Counted from the stretch's first letter, positions 39,534 to 49,473 are shown. The stretch: DNA of 64,000 bases from an uncultured Candidatus Saccharibacteria bacterium (GCA_964483665.1 CAZACP010000004.1:7399-71398), one strand, 5' to 3'. The notes: generated by a model not told the origin, from the letters alone. Program-made: numbers and translations.

Positions 39534-39923
39534 TTAAATATTATTTGGATTTAAAACTCTCTTTATTTGTAATCTGGGGACGCGGAAGTTTACTAATAGA
39601 CCTAATTTTAAATTCGTTTGAATTAAATAACGCTTTAACTGATCATATGTTTCTTGTATTAAAAAAGGTACTGTTTTTAATTCTAGAATAATTCTATTTT
39701 CAATAATGAAGTCAGCAATATTACCAGAATCCCCTATCCTAACCTCTCTCTTATAATTCACGGCTCTGTTTTTAAATATAATTTCTATTTTATCGGCTAC
39801 TTGTTTTTCTCTAGCATATGGCCCCAGTTCTTTATGAACCTCAATTAAAATGCCATTGATCTTGTAAGTAAGATCGCCGTACAAAAATTCTGACATCTTT
39901 TTAAACTTAGTTTCTGTAGGCAT
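39534..39923 (-). CDS. GxxExxY family protein (PD-(D/E)XK fold)
   Basis: LTYKINGILIEVHKELGPYARE...ADFIIENRIILELK...GLLVNF. Confidence 0.88.
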   Translation of the reverse strand: MPTETKFKKMSEFLYGDLTYKINGILIEVHKELGPYAREKQVADKIEIIFKNRAVNYKREVRIGDSGNIADFIIENRIILELKTVPFLIQETYDQLKRYLIQTNLKLGLLVNFRVPRLQIKRVLNPNNI

Positions 39924-39956
39924 CTGTAGTACATTTAATTCTGTAGTTCTGGTAGT

Positions 39957-40976
39957 TTACTTTCCCACTAACACAACTTCCTCCACCAGCCTGTTTGAAT
40001 ACCCAAACTCGTTGTCGTACCAGGCAATAACTTTTACAAAATTACCGTCTATAACCTGGGTTAGCGACAAATCTACTATGCTTGATGCCGGGTTGCCGAC
40101 TATGTCTTGCAAAACCAATTGTTCACGCGAAGCAATGAGTATATTTTTATAATGCGGAAGCTTTGCCGCGTCTTCAAAGGCCTCGTTAACTTCTTCTTTG
40201 GTGGTTTTCTTTTTAAGCAGTAAAGTAAAATCAGAAAGGCTGCCAACAGGGGTCGGTACCCTAAAAGCAATGCCGTCAAATTTGCCTTTTAGCTCTGGTA
40301 TTGCCTGAGTTGCGGAAATGGCCGCGCCGGTTGAAGTGGGAATTATATTTACTGCCGCTGCACGGGCACGACGGAGGTCAGTTGATTTTCCGCCTGGCGG
40401 AGGCCCGTCTACCAAGTTTTGCTCGGCTGTATAACTATGAATAGTAGACATAAACGCCTTTTCCACGCCAAATTTTTTGTGCAGCACATCTAAAACCGGT
40501 GCTATGCAGTTTGTGGTACAAGAAGCATTGCTAATAATATTTTGCTTATGGTACTCTTCCTGGTTAACGCCAAGGACTATGGTGGGGGTTATGCCTTCGT
40601 CTTTAGCCGGCGCGGAAATAATAACTTTTTTTGCTCCGGCTTTTATATGCGCGCTTGCTTTTTCACTGTCTGTAAAACGACCGGTGGATTCTATAACCAC
40701 GTCCACATTCAGCCTGCCCCAAGGCAGAGCTTGCGGCTCTTTTTCCGTAAACACCGGATATTTTTTTCCGTCCGCAATAATATGATTTTGGTCAAAAGAA
40801 ACTTTATGTTTAAACTTACCGTAATTGCTATCATATTGTAATAAATGCGCTAACACTTCTGTGGAAGTTAAATCATTTATACCCACAACCTCTATTTCCG
40901 GTTTTTCTATGGCAATTTTAAAAGCCTGCCTGCCAATCCTCCCAAAACCGTTTATTGCTAATTTAATTTTTTGCAT
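39957..40976 (-). CDS. gap: glyceraldehyde-3-phosphate dehydrogenase, type I
   Basis: INGFGRIGR, SNASCTTNC, WYDNE. Confidence 0.98.
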   Translation of the reverse strand: MQKIKLAINGFGRIGRQAFKIAIEKPEIEVVGINDLTSTEVLAHLLQYDSNYGKFKHKVSFDQNHIIADGKKYPVFTEKEPQALPWGRLNVDVVIESTGRFTDSEKASAHIKAGAKKVIISAPAKDEGITPTIVLGVNQEEYHKQNIISNASCTTNCIAPVLDVLHKKFGVEKAFMSTIHSYTAEQNLVDGPPPGGKSTDLRRARAAAVNIIPTSTGAAISATQAIPELKGKFDGIAFRVPTPVGSLSDFTLLLKKKTTKEEVNEAFEDAAKLPHYKNILIASREQLVLQDIVGNPASSIVDLSLTQVIDGNFVKVIAWYDNEFGYSNRLVEEVVLVGK

Positions 40977-41094
40977 TTGATTAATTTAAATTCGAAGCAT
41001 CAAATACGAAATTCGAAACAAATTCAAATAAAAAATTTTTAAATATTAAACTGTAACTATTTTTCGGATTTCGATATTCGGATTTCGAATTTTG

Positions 41095-42111
41095 CTAGTC
41101 TTTTTTCCTTCCCACTATCTCCATTACCTTTTGTTTTATTTTGTCGTTTGTAATGGCAATTGGCTTAAAACTCTTTAGTTTTTTTAATTTGGTTTCTATT
41201 TCGCGCCTTGTTAAAAGCCCGGCCTGCGGCCCTACTTTTTGCACCACGCTGCCGGCATTGACCGGCCCCCACATGAGCGCATCATGGTGCGAAAGACCAT
41301 GGCTTAAAGCCGCAATATAAGCGGTGGTAAAACTGTCGCCCGCTCCGGTGGCTTCCACACGCTCGCCCGGGTATTCGGGGCAATAGTAAAACCCTTCCGC
41401 GCTATAACTATACGCACCCCGCCTACCGTCTGTAAGCGCTATTGCCTTGGGGCCTAACTTACCAAGCCTTCTGCAAAGTTCTTCCGGATCCCTACCGCAG
41501 TCGCCCACCCACGCCTGGCTTTCCTCTATATTTAATGATAGCACACTGGTACGCTTAAGCATTATTTCATTGGTCTTAGGACCTGCCCTTAGCATAAAGG
41601 TCCCCGGATTAAAGCCTAATTTTACTTTGTATTTGTCTAAATATTTTGCCAAATCTTTATAAATTTTTTCAAAACCTTCACCCATACTGGTTAAATACAC
41701 CCAAGCAGAGGCGGGAAATTTGGGTAGTTTGTAGTTACGGTGCTGATGATAAACAAAAATTGTTCGTTCGCCCTTAAAACTTAAAACATAAGAAGCGTTA
41801 GTGCCGTGCTTGTCATCTATTACAATAAACCTGTCAGAAACGCCCTCTTTTCTCATTTTATGCACAATTTCCCTTCCGCCTGTGTCATGAGCGAGTACCG
41901 TATAAAAAGCCGCTTTAAGGCCAAGCCTTGAGCTTCCAACAGCGTTATTAGCAGCATTGCCGGCTACCGACTTATATAATTCATCTACCGGCAATTTGTC
42001 TCCCCAATTCAAAAGGGCTTTTTGTTTGCCGTCGATTTCTTTAACCTCAACGTCATGAACAAATAAAAAGGTGTCTATTGTGGCATCGCCGATGGATATT
42101 ATGTCAAACAT
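41095..42111 (-). CDS. PfkB family carbohydrate kinase
   Basis: GNAANNAVG, ATGAGDSF. Confidence 0.92.
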   Translation of the reverse strand: MFDIISIGDATIDTFLFVHDVEVKEIDGKQKALLNWGDKLPVDELYKSVAGNAANNAVGSSRLGLKAAFYTVLAHDTGGREIVHKMRKEGVSDRFIVIDDKHGTNASYVLSFKGERTIFVYHQHRNYKLPKFPASAWVYLTSMGEGFEKIYKDLAKYLDKYKVKLGFNPGTFMLRAGPKTNEIMLKRTSVLSLNIEESQAWVGDCGRDPEELCRRLGKLGPKAIALTDGRRGAYSYSAEGFYYCPEYPGERVEATGAGDSFTTAYIAALSHGLSHHDALMWGPVNAGSVVQKVGPQAGLLTRREIETKLKKLKSFKPIAITNDKIKQKVMEIVGRKKD

Positions 42112-42166
42112 ATATTCTTAGATACACAAATAAAATGCAGGTTACACAGATTTCAATCTGTTTCCT

Positions 42167-42472
42167 TTATAAAACCATAGAAACTATATAAACCACCATA
42201 AATATAAATATTAACAATGAAATCAGTTTAATTGCACTTAATAACTTTGTTTGTTTTGGAAAAAATATCTTTATAAGAAGATGTAAACATAAACATAAAA
42301 ATAAAACTCCTATAAATGGAATAGCGAGTACTGCAGCAAAAAATAGTATCCCTTCGGAATTTGAAAATTCTAATGGCCACAAAGCCAGGCCAATTTCTGG
42401 CAACAACATAAATATGAAGAGCGCAAAGAACCAAACTAACTGTTTTTTGATTTGTAAAGAAAAAATAGACAT
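42167..42472 (-). CDS. hypothetical 3-TM protein
   Basis: 101 aa hydrophobic, AT-rich. Confidence 0.6.
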   Translation of the reverse strand: MSIFSLQIKKQLVWFFALFIFMLLPEIGLALWPLEFSNSEGILFFAAVLAIPFIGVLFLCLCLHLLIKIFFPKQTKLLSAIKLISLLIFIFMVVYIVSMVL

Positions 42473-42603
42473 TGTGTTTTTGTGTCATCCAAAGCCTGTG
42501 TAAATGGGTGGCAAATAATAGTGTTCGACCTTGTGGAGAACCTATTATTTGCTTTCATCAGTCTAGCAAAATATCTTCTCCATAAAGTCGAAGAATATTT
42601 TGC

Positions 42604-42879
42604 TTACACCCATTTACCCCACTCTCCGCTAATTAATTTTCTTTTCTTTTTCTGGCCCCAACCTTTAACTTGCTTTTCTCTAAGTCTTGCTTCTTCCAAA
42701 TTTTCAAATTCTTCAATATAAACTATATTTTTAACTCCGTGCTTCTTGGTATACTCCGAACCTTCTCCAAGCAAATGCTGATTTCCGCGAATATCGTGGT
42801 TCCAAGTCATTCCGGTATAAAAAGTATCGTCCAGGCACTCCACAATATACACATACCATTTCCAGTTTTCTTTGGTCAT
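42604..42879 (-). CDS. GIY-YIG nuclease (YhbQ/YazA-like) bracketed by repeats
   Basis: WYVYIVECLDDTFYTG...GSEYTK...ARLREKQVKGW...KKRKLI. Confidence 0.9.
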   Translation of the reverse strand: MTKENWKWYVYIVECLDDTFYTGMTWNHDIRGNQHLLGEGSEYTKKHGVKNIVYIEEFENLEEARLREKQVKGWGQKKKRKLISGEWGKWV

Positions 42880-42978
42880 TGCTTAAAAATTTTAGTGTTC
42901 GAGCTTGTCGAGAACCCAAAATTTTACGTACTTAATAGTATCACAAGGTCGAATAATATTAAGTGCTCCTACGTGCAT

Positions 42979-43956
42979 CTACCCAGCTTTCCTCTTTACC
43001 ACCCTCCTAACCGCTTCTATTACCGCTTTTTTCCCCATCCCGTACTTTTCAATTAATTCTTCAGGCTGGCCGCTTTCGCCAAAACTGTTAGGCATACCAA
43101 CCATTTCAACCGGCACGGGGTAGTTCATAGCTAAAACCTCACACACAGCCGAGCCGCAGCCGCCCATAATTTGGTGTTCTTCCAAAGTTACCACTGCTCC
43201 GCATTTTTTTGCGGAAGCTATTATAGTAGCCGAATCAATGGGCTTAATAGTGTGATTGTTAATAACTTCTACGCTTACGCCTTCTTTTTCTAGTTCCATT
43301 GCCGCCAAAAGCCCGTTATATAAAACAGGACCGCTGGCAATTATAGAAACATCTTTTCCTTCCTTAAATATTTCCGCTTTGCCTACTTTAAAAGGGGTCT
43401 TTTCAGTGGTTATAACCGGAGTTTTTGAACGGCCTAAACGAAAATAGGCCGGACCCTTTATAATCCCTAGCGCTATTGTACATTTACGCGCTTCTATAGA
43501 ATCGCACGGCACGACTACGGTTAAATTTGGTAATACCCTTGTCATAGCCACGTCCTCTAAAGCCTGGTGCGTTGCGCCGTCAGGACCCACGGTTACACCC
43601 GTATGTGCTCCGGCAACTTTTACATTAGCCATACTGTAACAAACACTAACGCGTAATTGGTCCCAGCTTCGCCCCGGGCTAAACGTGGCATAACTAGACA
43701 CAAACGGAGTTTTGCCGTACAAAGCAAGTCCGGCTGCCACGCCCATCATATTTTGTTCTGCCACGCCGCATTCTATAAACCTTTCAGGATATTTTTTGGC
43801 AAAATCTAAAACCATTGTGCTTTCCGCCAAATCAGCAGTAAGCACAACCACGTTTTCATTTTCCGCTCCCAAATCCAAAGCCCCTAAGCCATACCCTTTG
43901 CGTGTTGGTTCTTGTTCAATATCGGTTTGTCCGATTTTTGGATTTAATAATTTCAT
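42979..43956 (-). CDS. transketolase, C-terminal subunit
   Basis: GVAEQNM, GPDGATHQ, EEHQIMGG. Confidence 0.95.
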   Translation of the reverse strand: MKLLNPKIGQTDIEQEPTRKGYGLGALDLGAENENVVVLTADLAESTMVLDFAKKYPERFIECGVAEQNMMGVAAGLALYGKTPFVSSYATFSPGRSWDQLRVSVCYSMANVKVAGAHTGVTVGPDGATHQALEDVAMTRVLPNLTVVVPCDSIEARKCTIALGIIKGPAYFRLGRSKTPVITTEKTPFKVGKAEIFKEGKDVSIIASGPVLYNGLLAAMELEKEGVSVEVINNHTIKPIDSATIIASAKKCGAVVTLEEHQIMGGCGSAVCEVLAMNYPVPVEMVGMPNSFGESGQPEELIEKYGMGKKAVIEAVRRVVKRKAG

Positions 43957-43959
43957 CTT

Positions 43960-44211
43960 TTATTTTTTTCTTTCTACCCAGGTTTTTTGAATCTCCAATC
44001 TTCTTCTTAAAATTCCTTTTTCTAAATCACCTTGTTTCATTGCTAAGTCTGTTGCCAGCTGCTCAAAATCATCATAAGTTTTACAGTTACCAATTTTTTT
44101 CATCCAGCGTTCAACTGAAGGACGATGATCTTTATATATCTTATGGATTCTTTCAGTCAAAACGGTTTCAGCTAAATGAATATCAAAATTTTTTTCGTTC
44201 ATAATTAACAC
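43960..44211 (-). CDS. hypothetical protein between the transketolase subunit genes
   Basis: 83 aa ORF filling the gap exactly; start uncertain. Confidence 0.6.
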   Translation of the reverse strand: MLIMNEKNFDIHLAETVLTERIHKIYKDHRPSVERWMKKIGNCKTYDDFEQLATDLAMKQGDLEKGILRRRLEIQKTWVERKK

Positions 44212-44220
44212 TTGAATATT

Positions 44221-45075
44221 TTATTGATGCTCGCTTGTTATTTGTCCTCGTAGAGTTCTTAGCTCGTCTAATGCTAATTTTGCCTGTTCTTTGTTTGGCG
44301 GGTTGCCGTGCCACTTATAGTCGTATTCCATAAAATCTACACCCTTGCCCGGTATTGTATGCGCAATTATTAAAGTCGGCTTTTCGTATATAGCTTTTGC
44401 TTCAAAACAGGCGTCTATAATTTGCTGGTGGTTGTGTCCATCTACTTCAAGCACATGCCAATTAAAGGCTTCATACTTTTGGCGTAGATTCTCCAAAGGC
44501 ATAACTTCTTCTGTATAACCGTCTATTTGAATATTGTTCCTGTCCATAATAGCGGTAATATTATGCAAGCGGTATTTGCCGGCAAACATAACCGCTTCCC
44601 AGGTTTGGCCTTCCTGCTGCTCTCCGTCAGACATAATTAAATACACTCTTTGGGATTTTTTCCTGTCCATAAGCAAACCGTAAGCCATGCCGCAGGCCTG
44701 GCTGGTGCCTTGAGCAAGCGGTCCGCTCGAAGTTTCAATGCCGGGCAAAGCTAAATTATGCGGATGTCCATGAAGCCTGGTGCCAAACTTTCGTAAAGTA
44801 AGCAGTTCTTCTTTTCTAAAATACCCCGCCTCGGCCAAAGTCGCGTACAAAACCGGATTTATATGGCCGCAGGAAAGTATGAGGCGGTCGCGAGTTTCCA
44901 TTTTAGGATCCCTCGGATCGTGTTCTAAAACATTAAAATAAAGGCAAGCAAAAACATCTGCCATACCTAAAGGACCCGCGCTATGTCCGCTTCCGGCTGC
45001 TAGCAGCATTTCTATTATGTCCTGGCGTATATCGTTTGATTTGTATTTTAGTTCGTTGACCGATAGTTTTTGCAT
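44221..45075 (-). CDS. transketolase, N-terminal (TPP-binding) subunit
   Basis: GSGH, LSCGH, GHP, SDGEQQEGQTWEA, GKGV. Confidence 0.95.
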   Translation of the reverse strand: MQKLSVNELKYKSNDIRQDIIEMLLAAGSGHSAGPLGMADVFACLYFNVLEHDPRDPKMETRDRLILSCGHINPVLYATLAEAGYFRKEELLTLRKFGTRLHGHPHNLALPGIETSSGPLAQGTSQACGMAYGLLMDRKKSQRVYLIMSDGEQQEGQTWEAVMFAGKYRLHNITAIMDRNNIQIDGYTEEVMPLENLRQKYEAFNWHVLEVDGHNHQQIIDACFEAKAIYEKPTLIIAHTIPGKGVDFMEYDYKWHGNPPNKEQAKLALDELRTLRGQITSEHQ

Positions 45076-45091
45076 TTTGTTTTTGCGGTAT

Positions 45092-45621
45092 TTCCCTCCC
45101 CTCCTAAGGGGAGGGATTAAGGGAGAGGTTGTATTTTAAAACCCGCATGCTTCTTTTATTTTACTTAAAACTCCTTGAATATTTGTGTCTATTTCATTAT
45201 TCCAAAATCTTAAAACTTTGTAGCCTATTTTTTCTGCGTACTGTTGTTTTCGCTTATCGTAAGCCGATATTTCTTGCTCGCTGTGCTGTCCTCCGTCTGC
45301 CTCCACTAAGAGCATTTTCTCTTTACAACTAAAATCATAAATATACTGTCCAATTTGCATTTGACGCTTAAATTTTAACCCATAAAACCTACCAGCTCTT
45401 AAATAATACCAAAGCTTGCTTTCCCAAGGAGTCTGATTTTTTCTTAGGCTTCGGGAATTGGTTAAATATGGCTCTGGTATAACTCTTTTGGCAGTATCCA
45501 TATGTTTTTAGTCTCTCCCCTTTTAAGGGGAGATGTCACGAGTGTATCCGAGTGACAAAGAGGTTGTATACTACATCTACTGCAACCTCTCCCTAACCCT
45601 CTCCTTAAAAGGAGAGGGTAC
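45092..45621. mobile_element. DUF559 gene bracketed by cognate palindromic repeats (putative minimal selfish element)
   Basis: repeats at 45092-45131 and 45512-45621; gene-less copies at 6202, 24626, 63042. Confidence 0.6.
45136..45501 (-). CDS. DUF559 / Vsr-like endonuclease
   Basis: RSLRKNQTPWESKLW...KFKRQ..IGQYIYDF...VEADGGQH...GYKVLRFWN. Confidence 0.92.
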   Translation of the reverse strand: MDTAKRVIPEPYLTNSRSLRKNQTPWESKLWYYLRAGRFYGLKFKRQMQIGQYIYDFSCKEKMLLVEADGGQHSEQEISAYDKRKQQYAEKIGYKVLRFWNNEIDTNIQGVLSKIKEACGF

Positions 45622-45645
45622 CTGTAAAGATATCGTACGTTTCTT

Positions 45646-46284
45646 TCAATTTATCTCCTTCTGCAATTTTTCATACGCCACGTTTAAATTGTCCGCTTTT
45701 ACCAAAGCGCTGCCTACGCATATTAAATCCGCGCCGGCATCTTTTAGGCTTTTTATATTGCTTTCTCCTACTCCGCCGTCCACTTCTATTATAGCATGGG
45801 GCATAAGAGCGCGCAGTTGAGCTATTTTGTCTGGGGTGGATTCTATAAAAGCTTGTCCCTGTTTGCCCGGCACCACGCTCATAACTAAATATTGATCGGC
45901 AGTAATGTCTTTTAAGACATTTACTTCCGTATCCGGATTTATAGCCACACCGGTCTTAAAACCCATACTTTTTATTGAAGCAAGCGATTCTTTAAGTTCT
46001 TTTGCCGATGAAAAAGCCTCATAATGCACAATTAAAGTTTTAAACCCGCAAATTTGATAGTCTAAAAAGTCATTTGGCGCTTTTACCATTAAGTGTGCTT
46101 CCCATTCAAAGGCCGGGTTTAAAGTATCCATTTCTCCTGCTTCTAAAAGCTTATTTTCTATAAATTCCCCGTCCCCAAAATCTACCTGTATTTTACTCAG
46201 ACCGGGAATTTTACATACCAAATTCAGCCTTTCGTTAAAAGCTTCCTTAGTTTTTTCCAAAATTGCGGGAATTATAATAGCCAT
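45646..46284 (-). CDS. rpe: ribulose-phosphate 3-epimerase
   Basis: DG.F, AHLMV, MSVVPGKQGQ, EVDGG, VGSAL. Confidence 0.9.
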   Translation of the reverse strand: MAIIIPAILEKTKEAFNERLNLVCKIPGLSKIQVDFGDGEFIENKLLEAGEMDTLNPAFEWEAHLMVKAPNDFLDYQICGFKTLIVHYEAFSSAKELKESLASIKSMGFKTGVAINPDTEVNVLKDITADQYLVMSVVPGKQGQAFIESTPDKIAQLRALMPHAIIEVDGGVGESNIKSLKDAGADLICVGSALVKADNLNVAYEKLQKEIN

Positions 46285-46285
46285 A

Positions 46286-46516
46286 TTACTTTTGTCCTAA
46301 AAAATATTGACGTGCTTTTTTGTATGTGTGGGGGTACAAATTATAGCGCGGATGATTACTAAAATTTGAATCTTTTTGGATTGTGCGAACATTTTCCAAA
46401 ACAAATAGTCTTTTAACAACTTCTTCCCATATCTTATCAGCAATAACTTCTTGCTTACCAGACTCCACGTGTAGGGCATCAAAAAATTCTTTCCTAATTC
46501 TTTTAATTTCGTTCAT
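46286..46516 (-). CDS. hypothetical protein, possibly the frameshifted C-terminus of the upstream ORF
   Basis: ATGA overlap with 46513-47028. Confidence 0.5.
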   Translation of the reverse strand: MNEIKRIRKEFFDALHVESGKQEVIADKIWEEVVKRLFVLENVRTIQKDSNFSNHPRYNLYPHTYKKARQYFLGQK

Positions 46517-47028
46517 ATCCCAATATAGGGCAAAAACAACCTAACATATCCATCCAAAATTATAGTCCTTAAATCATCATCTCTCTTATCGGTTAAATTT
46601 TTAGACAAATCAGACATATCCCTGGATAAACGCGCGCCATCATATACTGAAAACTTAACTTCGGGATAACTATAGTCTTTACCAAAAACAATATTTTTTT
46701 TATCAGAGAATTCTTCAAACGCCCTGTTGACCGGAGTAAGTGAATCACTAATATCAGAATACTGTTTTTTTCCTTCGTCAAATAATAAATTTAAATCCCA
46801 GTCACTATCAGGTTTAGCATAGCCTTTAATCTGAGAACCAAGGAACCCTACCCCAATAAATTCAGGGTATAACCTGTGCTGTTCTGTGAAGAGTTCCCTA
46901 ATTGCATCGCGAACATCTTTTCCTTCTTTTACTAAACGAAAACGGTGCCCCAACAATTTTTCTTGAGTAAAATGCCCCAGCTCTCTAGTTATTTTTTCAT
47001 TCTCAACCTTTTCAAAACCCTTATTCAT
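46513..47028 (-). CDS. nucleotidyltransferase-domain protein (Pol-beta/MNT motif)
   Basis: FLGSQIKGYAKPDSDWDL. Confidence 0.7.
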   Translation of the reverse strand: MNKGFEKVENEKITRELGHFTQEKLLGHRFRLVKEGKDVRDAIRELFTEQHRLYPEFIGVGFLGSQIKGYAKPDSDWDLNLLFDEGKKQYSDISDSLTPVNRAFEEFSDKKNIVFGKDYSYPEVKFSVYDGARLSRDMSDLSKNLTDKRDDDLRTIILDGYVRLFLPYIGI

Positions 47029-47467
47029 TTTCTAAATTATTAATTTTTTTTACTCTCCGCTCATGCCTTCCACCTTCAAATTCAGTATTTAAAAATAAAT
47101 CTATTGCTTTTTTTGCTTCTTCAAAACTTAAAAATTTAGCGCCCAAGGCAAGTACATTTGCGTTATTATGTTTGCGCGCAAGCAAAATAATTTCTTCGTG
47201 GCCACCATAATAATGTGCGGCCCTAACGCCCTTTGCCTTGTTAGCAACTATACCTTCCCCGTTTCCTGACATACCCAAAACTATACCCATACTTCCCGGA
47301 TTCTTGCCTACCTTTTCTGCTGCTAGATAACAAAAATCCGGATAATCATCGTCTTTATCAAAAACAAACGCTCCACAATCTTCAACTTCCAAACTTTTTG
47401 ATTTTAAATATTCAATAATTTGGTTTTTAAGTTCAAACCCTGCGTGGTCAGATGCGATAAATATCAT
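47021..47467 (-). CDS. rpiB: ribose-5-phosphate isomerase B family
   Basis: ASDHAGFELK, DYPD, ARKHNNAN, FEGGRHERR. Confidence 0.93.
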   Translation of the reverse strand: MIFIASDHAGFELKNQIIEYLKSKSLEVEDCGAFVFDKDDDYPDFCYLAAEKVGKNPGSMGIVLGMSGNGEGIVANKAKGVRAAHYYGGHEEIILLARKHNNANVLALGAKFLSFEEAKKAIDLFLNTEFEGGRHERRVKKINNLENE

Positions 47468-47578
47468 ATGTAGCGCTGATTGGCGCGGAACTTTACGCGA
47501 GACAACGCGGAAAGAACTGCGTGTTAATTTTATATTTTCTTAAAAAGGATCCTTCGCTTCGCTCAGGACGACATGTTA

Positions 47579-48262
47579 TCACATGTCGATTATTTCGTTA
47601 AAGTAACTAGGGATCAAACTGGCACCGCCAACCAAAAGCCCGTCTACATTTCTTTGTTCCAAAAATCCTTTGGCATTTGTAGGACTTACGCTGCCACCAT
47701 ATAAAACTTTTTTTACACCATAACGATTTTTTATAAAAAGGCCAATTGTCTCTGCGTGTTCAGGGCTAGCCACTTTGCCTGTGCCAATTGCCCAAACCGG
47801 CTCATAAGCGACCACAACTTTAGAAACTTCTATTCCTTTTAAATCCGTATCTAGTTGCTGTTTTATTACATCGGTTACTTCTAAATCGTCCTGCTCAACT
47901 TTTGTTCCAAAACCAACGCATACTACCGGCGTAATCGCATTGGCCAACGCCGCCTTCGTTTTGGCATTTATCATTTCGTCAGTTTCGCCGGTCGCTCTTT
48001 TCTCGCTATGACCTATTATGCTGTATTTAATTTTCAAAGACTTTAATTGTAAAGGGGAAACTTGTCCGGTAAAAGCACCCTTCTCCTCCCAAAAACAGTC
48101 TTGGGAACCTAAGTTAGGATATTGGATATTAGATACGTAGATGGTAGGCGGGCACAAAACCACGGTATTTTTTTTTGTGCGGGATATAGCAGCCGCAAGC
48201 TTCTGCGCTTCCTTTAAAGTGGTTGGGTTTAATTTCCAGTTGGCGATAATTAGTTTTTTCAT
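47579..48262 (-). CDS. tpiA: triosephosphate isomerase
   Basis: ANWK, GHSE, AYEPVWAIGTG, YGGSV, LVGGAS. Confidence 0.97.
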   Translation of the reverse strand: MKKLIIANWKLNPTTLKEAQKLAAAISRTKKNTVVLCPPTIYVSNIQYPNLGSQDCFWEEKGAFTGQVSPLQLKSLKIKYSIIGHSEKRATGETDEMINAKTKAALANAITPVVCVGFGTKVEQDDLEVTDVIKQQLDTDLKGIEVSKVVVAYEPVWAIGTGKVASPEHAETIGLFIKNRYGVKKVLYGGSVSPTNAKGFLEQRNVDGLLVGGASLIPSYFNEIIDM

Positions 48263-48269
48263 AAAAAAT

Positions 48270-49283
48270 TTATGTATTGCTTTTTAAAAACTTTGCAGTA
48301 ACTTCCGGCGGGATCGGGTTTACAGGTATGCCGGTGGCAAATTCAAACCCTGCCCACATTGTAATTCTAGGAAAAATTGTTAAGTGCCAGCGATATGCTT
48401 TTTCATTGTAAGTTTTGCTTTCACGCCTAAGCGGCATATTGTGAATATAAAAATTTAGGGGCGGGTCGGAAAGCTTAGTGTATAGCTGGCCTAAAGTAAC
48501 TTTTAACACAAAAGACAAGTGCTTTATTTCGTCTTCCGTCATTTCCTCAAAACGAGCAGACTGGCGTTTTGGAATAATCCAAGTTTCAAAAGGCTGGCGG
48601 GAGGCGTATGCGGACAAAACCACAAAATGATCGCTCTCATACAAAATTCTGTCTTTTACTTTTAACTCCTCTTTCAACATATCGCCGTAAATGTCCGTGC
48701 CATGAACGCCAAAATAATGCTGGCAACCCACAATTTCGTTATGAATGTGCGAAGGTACTATAGGAGTTGCCATTAATTGGTAATGCGGGTGGATTATGCT
48801 TGCTCCGGCATCACGCCCGTGGTTGTGGAATATTTGAATGTACGCCAGCTCCTTATGTTTGTCCAGTTCGTTTATTCTTCTGACAAAAACTTTTAAAGTG
48901 CTCTCAACTAAGCCTATGGACTGCAAAGAAACAGGCTCGTTGTGCTTTCTGGTAATAATTACTTCGTGGTCGCCGTCTCCCGAATGAGAAACATAAAATT
49001 CTTTATGGCTGTAGCTGGCTGAATGTTCTAAACTGGCAAATTTGTTTGGAATGATTCTTATATCCCAGTCAGGACTGTTCTTTTCTATCAGTTTACCATA
49101 ATAATCAAACCTCTCTATTTCCGGGTTTAAATTTTCGTTGCCCGGACAAAACACGCATTTTTCGTCATGCTCCGGCACGCCGTGCATAACGCTGTAGGTC
49201 TTGTACTCATCCGGCCGTTTGTTCCGCCCCGGAGCTACAAGTACCCAAGACTTTGTTATGGGATTTTGTCGAAACTCACTCAT
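48270..49283 (-). CDS. galT: galactose-1-phosphate uridylyltransferase (GalT-like)
   Basis: CVFCPGNE, NKF, HEVII, GASIIHPHYQ. Confidence 0.9.
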   Translation of the reverse strand: MSEFRQNPITKSWVLVAPGRNKRPDEYKTYSVMHGVPEHDEKCVFCPGNENLNPEIERFDYYGKLIEKNSPDWDIRIIPNKFASLEHSASYSHKEFYVSHSGDGDHEVIITRKHNEPVSLQSIGLVESTLKVFVRRINELDKHKELAYIQIFHNHGRDAGASIIHPHYQLMATPIVPSHIHNEIVGCQHYFGVHGTDIYGDMLKEELKVKDRILYESDHFVVLSAYASRQPFETWIIPKRQSARFEEMTEDEIKHLSFVLKVTLGQLYTKLSDPPLNFYIHNMPLRRESKTYNEKAYRWHLTIFPRITMWAGFEFATGIPVNPIPPEVTAKFLKSNT

Positions 49284-49371
49284 AAAACTTAACAGTGGTT
49301 GGATTAAATTTACTTATTATTGACAATCTACCGACAAAATTATTAATATAAAATCTGAAAAGAGGGCTCAA

Positions 49372-49473
49372 ATGGATCAAGGTACCGGTTTTGTGTTGTT
49401 TTTGCTGATCGTTTTTGTTGTCGGAGCTTTCTACCTCGGGGGCACTGACGACGGGAGTTGTGACAGAGATTAG
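49372..49473 (+). CDS. 33-aa single-TM microprotein (not in ORF track)
   Basis: MDQGTGFVLFLLIVFVVGAFYLGGTDDGSCDRD; TTGACA at 49320, GAGGG SD, ctcgggcg...tgcccgag hairpin. Confidence 0.55.
   Translation: MDQGTGFVLFLLIVFVVGAFYLGGTDDGSCDRD

Noticed and set aside
45533-45820. Plus-strand ORF starting in the DUF559 repeat
   Set aside because: Repeat-derived and antisense to rpe; likewise the short ORFs at 62910-63260.
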